Below, piece after piece: positions 54,357-64,000 of a DNA stretch of 64,000 bases. The position numbers were made by a program, and so were the translations under genes. Below the pieces are notes generated by a model. The model ran no database searches, was not told the origin of the DNA, and saw only the letters and a list, made by a program, of their open reading frames with translations. This stretch comes from Octopus sinensis (taxonomy: Eukaryota): assembly GCF_006345805.1 (NCBI RefSeq), contig NC_043000.1:15624001-15688000 (forward strand). Reading direction: 5' to 3'. Numbering within the stretch: the stretch's first letter is position 1; each line of letters opens with the position of its first letter.

Positions 54357-55514
54357 TTTTTCTATTCCTGAGCGTTATGCTAATACATCTGTTTGTTTTG
54401 TACACCACCTGTCTTCGTCTTTTGTTTTATTTTCGTAAACTCTCCTATATATAGGACTACAATAGTCTAGGGAGCCTTTTTTCCCCCCAGGACGCAATGA
54501 ATTGAAGATTTGACAGCTAATTTTAGCAGGTCAATCAACTGTATAAAAGCTTCTTTTTTGGTTCATTGAACTATAGAGTTGACAAAAACGGTGGAAATGC
54601 ATCTACTTTTGGTCATACTTGAGTTCAATCCAGTCAACATTGACTTTGTCTTTCATCCTTATGGAGTTCATAAAATATGTACCCGTTATAAATTAGACTT
54701 GTGTTCATTGACTGCACCACCCCTTTTACAAGAAGTTACCTTGTTCCTAATGCCAAATTGATAGGTTGGCATCAAAATATAAAAACATGCTTCAAAGCTG
54801 TTTTGTATGTTGTGCTTGCCTCTGTTTCATTTGCCTTCCTACATATGCCTAATAAGACAAAGATTGTCTTTTTTTCTTCCTATTTAGCTGCATTTCTGAC
54901 TGAATCTAGTTCAGACAAATGGTTGATCTAATTTCGTAATCTCAGTGATATGACCTGGAATAAATTGCCACAAAGTCAGCAACTTTAAGCAAATTTCCTT
55001 GATAATTCATCTGAGTTTCTTTCTCCTTTTTTCTCTTAATTCTGTGAACCTATGAACTTCCTCTCCCTTTGCCTGCTGTAAATTGTTGTGTAATCTGTGG
55101 GAATCGACAGTGTATGCTAATAAGATACATACATTAGATCAGTGTCAATTGAATTTCTGGGAAACAAATGGGTTGCTTTTATTTACGAGAGAGAAGTGAG
55201 AGAGGGGACAGTATGTATGTGCATGTGTAGTTGCCTGGTGCCCAAGTATTTAACTTATTTATATATTGTTGGCAAAGCTAGTATAAAATAAAAAGAAAAA
55301 AGTCTATAACCTTTATAGATTGTCTCCTGGTGGTGAAGGTGAGGGAAATGTCTAGTTACCTGACAGATACTATACAGAGATATACATAAGGTAAGGGAGA
55401 AAGCAGAGTCTTTAACCCTATTACTACCCTCTTGGATTGTAATGCAATTAATGTTGTCAGTATTTAGTTGTTAGAGGGAGATGAGGATACAGTTTTGGAG
55501 AAAACACAAATATT

Positions 55515-55910
55515 ACAGGAGTGGCTGTGTGGTAAGTAGCTTGTTTACCAACCACATGGTTCCGGGTTCAGTCCCACTGCGAGGCACCTTGGGCAAGTGT
55601 CTTCTGCTATAGCCTCGGGCCGACCAAAGCCTTTTGAGTGGATTTGGTAGACGGAAACTGAAAGAAGCCCGTCGTATATATATATGCGTGTGTGTGTTTG
55701 TGTGTCTGTGATTGTCTCCCTTGCATTGCTTGACAACCGATGCTGGTGTGTTTATGTCCCCGTTTCTTAGCGGTTCGGCAAAAGAGACCAATAGAATAAG
55801 TACTGGGCTTACAAAAGAATAAGTCCCGGGGTCGAGTTGCTCGATTTAAGGCGGTGCTCCAGCATGGCCGCAGTCAAATGACTGAAACAAGTAAAAGAGA
55901 GTAAAAAAAA
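55515..55910 (+). mobile_element. SINE family B
   Basis: Full-length sense copy. Confidence 0.85.
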
Positions 55911-56524
55911 AGAGTAATTACAAACACAAGTTCAGGAAAATGTTGAGATTTACTTTAAGTGGACAAAGAGCTTGTAGTTGAAATTTTGGCTAATTTTTCA
56001 TTACAACTTCTAGGGGCCAATCCTATACCCTAAAATGAATGACAGAACATTGCCATGAGGCAAATATTAGCAGCATTTTGTAATGATGAGTTGTTCTTAT
56101 GTAGCCCCAGGGCATCCTTGGTTGAATAGACCTGTGGTACGTAAGTAGCCAGCTTGGCCTAATGGTTACAATGATTCACTCATGATTGTAAGATTGTAGT
56201 TTTGCTTCCTAGACCACATTGTATTCTTGAGTAAAATACTATATTTCACATTGCTCCAGTCCACTCAGCTGCAATAGCTGAAAAGTTAACCTTGCAATGG
56301 ATCAGCATCCTATTCGGAGGGAAGTGTTGTTATCTCAGCCATTTATATGCCATGGAAATGGAGTTAAGCTCCAGCATTATGAGTCCTAGTACTCAAAACA
56401 GATCTAATACAGGCAGTCAACTTAAGTGCAATTTACTGATCTATTGTTCAAAATATACCAGCCCCCACCATCAAATAAACAACCATATTGCACATCCCAC
56501 CATGTGGTGGTTAATTGATTCAAG

Positions 56525-56880
56525 TGAAATGTGACATGTCGGCGGCGGCGGCATCCGTCCGTCTTGAGAGATGATGGTGTAGCTTGGAAAAGGTGGTGGG
56601 TTTATCTGCACTTCCTGGTGTGGCTGTGCAGACCAATCATCGAGTGGCAGTCTCTACCACATCTGGTGCAAGTGAAAGGGGATGAGAGCTGTGGTTGCTG
56701 CTGCTGCTCCTTTCGCCTGGTTCTCTTTAGTTTGGCAGTAGTGGTCCTTCTCTTGCTGTTAAGCTACAAGGCCTGGGCAGGTTTGTATGAGGGATCAGCT
56801 GTTGCCCATGCAGTTTGATCCCTCCCCTCTCCATGCAGCTGGTAGCTCCAAGGGATGGAAATACGTAACGACACTCTGAC
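56525..56880 (-). pseudogene. RTE (BovB-like) LINE 3' end with C2H2 motif
   Basis: KRTRRKEQQQQPQLSSPFTCTRCGRDCHSMIGLHSHTRKC; tail ..gacggacggatgccgccgcc. Confidence 0.75.
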
Positions 56881-57007
56881 CACTGCCGTGTGTACTTTTG
56901 TATATCTGTAGATTATAGCAAAAGTGGACAAGTTTGAACTCAGTCAGAATGTGACAGTTGCTAGTCCTCTGCCCTTATCCAGTAATCCTATGACCATTCT
57001 AGATATA

Positions 57008-57404
57008 TCTTTATATATAAAAGTCAAGTTGTGTGTCTGTCTCCTACGATTTAGATTCCTAACTACTCCCACATTTTGCGGTGCAGTTTAACCAAAACCG
57101 GGTATCTTATAGTCGTGATTCATATCGAGCCCTTCTGGGTATTAGTGCGTGTCTACGATGAGTCTACGATTTAAAAAAAAAATTACCATCATTTATTTCC
57201 ATTTTAATGCATTTTTCGCTATTATATAAGGGAAGTAACTCTCTAAGAATGTCTACGATGAGTCAACGATTTATAAAAAAATTTACCATCATTTTTTCCC
57301 CATTTTTAATGCATTTTTTTGCTACTTTTTGGCTATAACTCTCTAAAGATGCTTATATAGTTATTTCCCTTACAAACCCGAGCAACGCCGGGCGATACTG
57401 CTAG
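57008..57404 (+). mobile_element. Non-autonomous Helitron (copy 2, complete)
   Basis: A|TC start, subterminal hairpin cccgagcaacgccggg (57377-57392), CTAG|T end, no TSD. Confidence 0.8.
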
Positions 57405-58072
57405 TTCTTAATATTTTTGTTTTGTAATGAAGAGTTTATCTATATATGTTATCTGGGTGTTATTTATTTAATCTATTCTAATACAGCCTATTGTTCCATC
57501 ATACAAATGTCATTCAAAGCAGCAGATTCAGAGCCTGTAAAGGGAAATTGAAACAAGAATCAGTATTGAATCTGTGAAAGAAGTTCATTCACCTCATAGT
57601 TTTCTCTGCTGAAAATGTTTCCTTCCTAGGTAAAGTCAATGACAGTCGTTAAACTAAGTAAATGTAGAGGTTGTATGTGTGTGTGTACAAAAACAGAAAG
57701 TTAGAGGGACAAGTCTATCTGCTAAGTATCCAAGCCTTATTATGGAATGTGTTAGAGGTTCTTGTTAATGGTAGAAACATAGGCTAAATGAAAACTTTTA
57801 AGTTTTCAAGAGCATGATTCTGACTGAAAGGGAAATAGAGGCCTTTAAAGCAAGTATTAGTAGAATCTATCTTTTCATATTCCTTACTTGGAAGAAAACC
57901 AGAGAACTTCATCTTATCAAAGAAATGCCTTTAGTTTAAGTACTCTCATTAGAAAATGTTATGAGTAGAACACATATAGGAAATGTTAGTTGGAGGGGTA
58001 ATGTGAAATTGAAGGATGGGTTAAATTTAGAACTTTAAGTCCTGTATAATAAGTATTATATGCAGAATTATA

Positions 58073-58480
58073 GGCGCAGGAGTGGCTGTGTGGTAAGTAG
58101 CTTGTTTACCAACCACATGGTTCCGGGTTCAGTCCCACTCAGTGGCACCTTGGGCAAGTGCCTTCTACTATAGCCTCGGGCCGACCAAAGCCTTGTGAGT
58201 AGATTTGGTAGACGGAAACTGAAAGAAGCCCGTCGTATATATGTGTATATATATGCGTTTGTGTGTCTGTGTTTGTCCCCCTAGCATTGCATGACAACCG
58301 ATGCTGGTGTGTTTATGTCCCCGTTACCTAGCGGTTGGGCAAAAGAGACCGATAGAATAAGTACTGGGCTTAGAAAAGAATAAGTCCCGGGGTTGAGTTG
58401 TTCGATTAAAGGTGGTGCTCCAGCATGGCCGCAGTCAAATGACTGAAACAAGTAAAAGAGAAAAAAAAGAGTAAAGAGAA
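58073..58480 (+). mobile_element. SINE family B
   Basis: Full-length; head aggcgcaggagtggctgtgtggt. Confidence 0.85.
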
Positions 58481-58889
58481 TAAGTTGTGTACATTTAGTA
58501 TTATATACAGCATAAGTCATGTTTTTCTAGTATTATGTACAACATAGAAACCAACAGTGATAGATACAGGATAGATATAGGATACAAACAATGAAATGCA
58601 AGTGAACAAATATTACTTATAATAACAATACTGTTTGATAGGCAAAAGCCATAGATTAGATGAAAACAGTAGTGAATAGTGACCTGAAAAGAACTGGGTA
58701 GGAGTTGGTATGTGTGTGTGCGTGTGAGGGGGTGGGCGGTTAATGGTCACAAATATAAGATGAGATAATGAGATTAAGTCTAAGAAAGAAAAACAAATAT
58801 TATAATGAGATTAAAATGTTTGTAACATTCTCTTTATATTATTCTATACAACAAATCAATAAAGTTAAACATGCCATTGTTACAATATA

Positions 58890-59280
58890 TTAAGTATCGT
58901 CATTACGTGTTTCTTTTTCCTTTTCTAAAGTTAAATAATAATAATATAAGATATGATTGTATAGTCTCGTTTGTTTTGGTTTACTACGTTTGACATTTGC
59001 TTGGAAATATTCAAACGCATCTTACCTTCGTTACCACTTACCCACTGATTATCAAACAGAAACTGCGTTGTCTTCTTTCTTTTCGCTCGCTGGAATTCTT
59101 CTGCGTTTGCAGATAGCTTCAAATGTTTTGCTAATCTTCATTAATTCCATAATTTATTTTTATTGTTTTAGTGGTAATTAGGCAACATTCCCTTTATTTT
59201 CAGTCGTAATTGTGCGCAAAAATATACTGCGCACATTTTTTTCCTGTGACGAAAGTATATACGCACACTAAATGTCAAAA
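58890..59280. promoter_or_regulatory. CpG-enriched unique region, candidate promoter/first exon
   Basis: About 15 CpG in ~390 bp against CpG-depleted unique flanks. Two strong minus-strand donors (GTAAGT after 59042, GTAAGA after 59026). TGTGCGCA/TGCGCACA inverted pair. Confidence 0.4.
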
Positions 59281-60265
59281 AAGAAGTATAATTCATATTT
59301 AATGCTTATTTTAGCCAACTAATCTTCTGTGCAGATATTAATTTCTTTTGTGTGCTAATTGCAAAATGTCTGTGCATGCACATGTACATAGCTTAGAGAG
59401 AATGGTGCCCTTAATTTTCAGTAGTGTATGTGAAAATATTATGCTAAGCACTTTTTCCCTGTGATAAAAGTATGTAACTACTGAATGTAAAAAAAATAAA
59501 TATAATGTTTTATTTTTGGTAACTAATTTTCTGTGCACATGTTAATGCACTAGTTGCAATATATGTGTGCTGTGTGTATGCATATAAAAAGGGGGGGAAT
59601 GGTAGTGGGTGCTGAGATGCAATAGTAAGTTCTTGTCACACTGCATAACCTTATTTCAGTTCTCAGGTGAAACTATATCACTTTATTCTTAATAGTCAAG
59701 CGTGGGGCTTCAGTATTGCAACTTCTTCTCCAACAAATAGAAACTGCTAAGCAATATCTAAGAAAATATTACTGATTTTTATGTCTGGCTAGGCATGCTC
59801 AACATTTTCTATCTTGCAAACTAGCATTGTGTAATTCTAATTATACTACATCTATTTGTGACTGCTAATATTTTCCAGTCTGTTCTAACAATTCTTTTCT
59901 GAAATTAACCTTGGTTTATTCCTCCTGTGGTTTCCTTCCTTCTGCAACTCACATCAATCTTTCATCTCACTTATACCATATAACTGTATTACATGTCTAT
60001 ACTAAGGCTGCGTATATCATCAAATTACTTCATCAGCTTTCAACTTGCCTGCCTGTTAACATTGCAACGTCCAGGACCATCTTTATGCATTCATTTCCAA
60101 CTGCTGTAATTCCTTTGCATTTAGTGCGCTTGGTTCACTCAAACTCCAACTCCAGACTCACATTGCAGTACTGCTTGTTTATATAGGTTGTATACGATGG
60201 TGCCACTGTTACACATTCAGATATCCTGAAATACTGACAAAATAAGGACAAAATTGACAGATTAA

Positions 60266-60460
60266 CCCTTTCATTACCAACCCAGCCCAAACCGCCTCTG
60301 GCTCTGTAGTACAAATGTCTTGTTTTCTTAAGTTTTGAATTAAAATCTTCAACCAAATCTTAGTCACAGTTCATGTTCCTAACACTAGCTTAATGGTAGC
60401 TAAGTTATTTTACTAAATTCCTTGTTATATTTAAAATTAATTTAAAGAAACACAGAGCAT
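60266..60460. mobile_element. Partial piggyBac-like MITE (family of 10969-11576)
   Basis: TTAA|CCCTTTCATTACC terminus; the interior matches the 11 kb copy in reverse. Confidence 0.7.
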
Positions 60461-60682
60461 AGATGTTTTCAGTGAGCAAGACAAGTTGTTGTCAGGGAAT
60501 AAGATATGCATGAGACCTTGATGCTGAAGTTTGTATTTCATTTCTTATCATTTCTTCCTTCTATGTTTGATAAAATAAGTATCAGTATACTGGGATAAGT
60601 ATAGGAATTTGGATAGGGTATGAATGACACCCATCTTTATCTGTTAATTCTTAGACTGGAAATTTTAGTGGAAAATAAAATA

Positions 60683-61044
60683 TATAGGCACAGAAGTGAC
60701 TGTGTGGTAAGAAGCTTGCTAAAGACAACCGAAACCACTAAGCATTTCATCTGTCTTTACGTTCTGAGTTCAAATTCTGCTGAGGTTGACTTTGCTTTTC
60801 ATCCTTTCAGGGTCGATAAATTAGGTACCAGTTATGCACTGGGGTCGATGTAATCGACTTAATCCCTTTTTCTGTCCTTATTTGGCCCCTTGTGGGCAAT
60901 AAAGAAACAAGAAGCTTGCTTCCCAACCACATAGTTCTGGGTTCAGTCCCACTGCATGGCACCTTGGGCAAGTGTCTTCTATTATAGCATCAGGCTGACC
61001 AAAGCCTTGTAAGTGGATTTGGTCGACAGAAACTGAAAGAAGCC

Positions 61045-61090
<46 letters not shown>

Positions 61091-61325
61091 GTGTGTGTGT
61101 ATGTATATATATATCTGTGTGTGTCTGTGTTTGTCCCATCCAGTACCACGCGACAACTCGTGTTGGTATATTTACGTCCCCATAACTTAGCAGTTCGGCC
61201 AAAGAGACCGATAGGGTAAGTACCAAGCTTAAAATAAGTACTGGGGTCAATTCGTTCAACTAAAAAAAAAATTAAAGGCAGTGCTCCAGCATGGCTGCAG
61301 TCCAATGACTGAAACATGTAAAAGA
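60683..61325 (+). mobile_element. SINE B containing a nested SINE C (60721-60908)
   Basis: 12-bp TSD aagaagcttgct (60709-60720, 60909-60920) inside the SINE B head. Confidence 0.8.
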
Positions 61326-61799
61326 TAAATGAGATTTTCTCTTTTTTTTTTCAAACAGTAAAATTTCTCCAAGCATCATCATATAACACAAAATCTAACT
61401 TATAAACAAACACACGGTAATTTCAATAACAACAATTTAATAACCCTCTTCTGGTTGACTCTCCCGAGATTTCTGACATTCTGTGTTAACCATATGTTCT
61501 CTCTCCTCATGTTCCTTATCTCGTAACATTTGAATTAATTTCCTACTTTGAGCATCTTGTTTTACCCGATATAGCCCCCAGCCTCAATTTCTAACATCTC
61601 ATTTTCTTAGGTATTATCATATTTTGGAAGATCTTGTTTATTCTTTCTTTTTGCATTTCCATATCATTTCTCGCTTTATTCCTCTTATTTTCGTTTCAAT
61701 TGAATCACAGATGTTCTTTGGTAAATGGGATTTTCTTTTGTTTTACTTGTTTTCTTGTGATTTTTCTTTTCTATTCTCAGAAAGTAAACGAGTTGTTTG

Positions 61800-61835
<36 letters not shown>

Positions 61836-62394
61836 TTTACCATTTTACCATTTCTATTTTATTTCCTTCCATTTCAAATGTTACTTTGCCAGAAAAAGCT
61901 TTGATAGTTTATGTTCTTCAGCAACTGATTAAAATACAGCGAAATATTGTAAATTTTTCAACCATTAGCAAAAAAAAAAAAAATTCTTCATCCCACCACC
62001 ACCTTCTGCAACTAATAATAAATCAATGCTTGATATTGAGCTCTATTAAGTGGCTGTGGAGGATTAGAAATGAAACTTCTCTTTTTCTCAGCCTCTTTCC
62101 ACTTTTGCCTTTTCCTCTTTATGTTTTTCACTTCTTCAAAATAAATATTGGTGTTTTTGCCATTGCTGACACCATCACCGCCACCAAGTTGCAGCATGGT
62201 AATTTCCTATTTTTATTTTTCACTTTACCTTCATGCAATTATCTCTCTCTCCCCCCCCCTCTCTATCTCTCTCATCATTATCGTTGTGGAGTAGTTTTCA
62301 ATTGAATTAATTATAACCACTGAAATTAGTGGAATTGAGCAAGAATTTCAGTAAACGTGGTGCCTTTGTAAGCCCAGCTAAATAACATTGCTAT

Positions 62395-62585
62395 TTCTTC
62401 TTCTTCTTTTTCTTCTTCTTCTTCTTCTTCTTCTTCCCCTTCATCTTCTCCTTCGTCTTCTTCTCCTTCCTCCTCCTCTTCTTGTTCTTCTTCATTTTCT
62501 TTGTCTTCTTCTTCTTCTTCTTCTTCTTCTCCTCTTCCTCCTCCTCTTCTTCTTCTCCTCCTCTTCCTCCTCGTCATCATCATCA
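62395..62585. repeat. (TTC)n/(TCC)n polypyrimidine tract
   Basis: Read directly. Confidence 0.9.
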
Positions 62586-63164
62586 TACAATTGTGGGACC
62601 TTGATGTTCTACATCTAACACTGTAGCGATTGCATGTGTTTTGTGTTGTGAATGCTTAAGCAGCCATGCAATTTTCTAATGAGCATTAAATATTTGAAAA
62701 AACCATTGTAAATATTCTGCACATTGAAAGCAAACAAGCAGCTAAAATAGGCTAAATATTGAAACCAACTTAAAATTCTTTTCATACGTGTGGTTTTAGT
62801 TTTCAATGCTGTAAATCTAAAGAGGTATTCATTTCTCATAAACATCAAACTTGCCCTTAATCACCAATATCTGAATCTTCGTTTCGTCTATTATATATCT
62901 GTGTTCATCATAGTATCATCATTCTATGTGCACTTTTCTATGCTTGTATGGGTTGGTTGGAGGTTTTTGAGGCAGATTTTCTACTGCCAGATGCCTTTCC
63001 TGTTACCAATCCTCACCTTTTCCCAAGCAGGCTAATATTTCCCCATGACAACTCATGTTTTTACAGTATATTGTTAATGATTGACACTGCTTGTATGACA
63101 GTGGCACTCATTTACAGCTGTTATGCAATGTCGAGACAAGGAGATATAAGCATACACACACACA

Positions 63165-63395
63165 AGTCGGCGAACTGGCAGAATCCTTAGCACACCGGGC
63201 AAAATGCTTAGCAGTATTTCGTCTGTCATTACGTTCTGAGTTCAAATTCCGCCGAGGTCGACTTTGCCTTTCATCCTTTCGGGATTGATTAAATAAGTAC
63301 CAGTTACACACTGGGGTCGATATAATCGACATAATCCGTTGTCTGTCCTTGTTTGTCCTCTCTGTGTTTAGCCCCTTGTGGCTAGTAAAGGAATA
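63165..63395 (+). mobile_element. SINE family C
   Basis: Flanked by the direct repeat agatataagcatacacacacac. Confidence 0.8.
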
Positions 63396-63579
63396 GATAT
63401 AAGCATACACACACACACACACAGAGAGGCTTCTTTCAGGTCTCATCTACTAAATCTATTCATATGGCTTTGTTCGGCCCAGGGTTATAATAAAAAGCAC
63501 TTACCCAAGGTGCCACATAGGGGGACTGAACTTAGAACCATGTGGTTCATATCATGGTTTTAATTAAGTAGAATGCCAT

Positions 63580-63790
63580 GCTGCAGGAAGAATGAACAGG
63601 CATGCTCATGGAACTAACTAGTGAGGTCGATGACGTGATGTTTAGCTTCAACTTTTGTCTGTAAGAAGAGCTTGAGCAAGGTTTGAGATCTTGGCAGTTG
63701 CAGTTCTGGGGAAGAAGCACCGAGCAAAGTTCTCTTGAACAATTCTGATAGTGAAAGGCCCCGATGGATCTAACCGAGATGAGTCAATAA
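63580..63790 (-). pseudogene. Degraded CR1-group LINE 3' end
   Basis: ..FFPRTAT.. motif on the - strand; disrupted. Confidence 0.35.
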
Positions 63791-63834
63791 GAGAGAAAGT
63801 CTGTAATTAGAAAAAGAACTATTGAAATGTTTAA

Positions 63835-64000
63835 CCCCTTACCCGGCAGAAACGAATATATGCGTTTTGACCAAAATCGTTTTTTCCTATCTCTGGCGAG
63901 TTAACTCGTCAAAGGATAGACTCACCAAAATCGACAGCAAACGAGTTCCTTTGTCTATTATAAACTCTTTTTTGACATATACGAGTATATTCGCTCACTT
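63835..64000. mobile_element. Possible piggyBac-like element end, cut by the window edge
   Basis: TTAA|CCCCTT start, then an abrupt shift to CpG-containing sequence; the partner TIR is not in the window. Confidence 0.35.

Noticed and set aside
61634-62305. Longest ORF in the track (223 aa)
   Set aside because: Translation of T-rich low-complexity DNA including a poly-T run; non-ATG start; no recognisable domain.
62326-62586. Poly-Glu/Arg ORF on the minus strand
   Set aside because: Read-through of the (TTC/TCC)n microsatellite.

Overview
This is AT-rich animal genomic DNA with no long ORF and no confidently identifiable host gene. It is most likely large-intron or intergenic sequence. The repeat families resemble those I recall from Octopus genomes (inference, not checked by search). 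About half the window is repeats: (A) ~20 5'-truncated RTE-clade LINE 3' ends with a (GAT)n tail and a modular 3' UTR; (B, C, D) several tRNA-headed SINE families, many with clear target-site duplications (TSDs); fragments of CR1-like and other RTE LINEs; mariner, pogo and piggyBac-like MITEs; two copies of a non-autonomous Helitron; and many microsatellites. Nearly all ORFs in the track are repeat or microsatellite read-throughs. Most notable observations: a type I hammerhead ribozyme motif with a canonical core (23947-24031); a second hammerhead-like variant in a ~165-nt TSD-bounded element (54315-54356); a palindromic mariner element built from two transposase 3' ends; a TSD-bounded composite SINE that carries a captured flank also found 31 kb away; fold-back SINE insertions; and a CpG-rich promoter-like island near 59 kb. 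A few short candidate exons are listed at low confidence. Repeat boundaries were read by eye and are approximate unless a TSD or terminal inverted repeat (TIR) is quoted.
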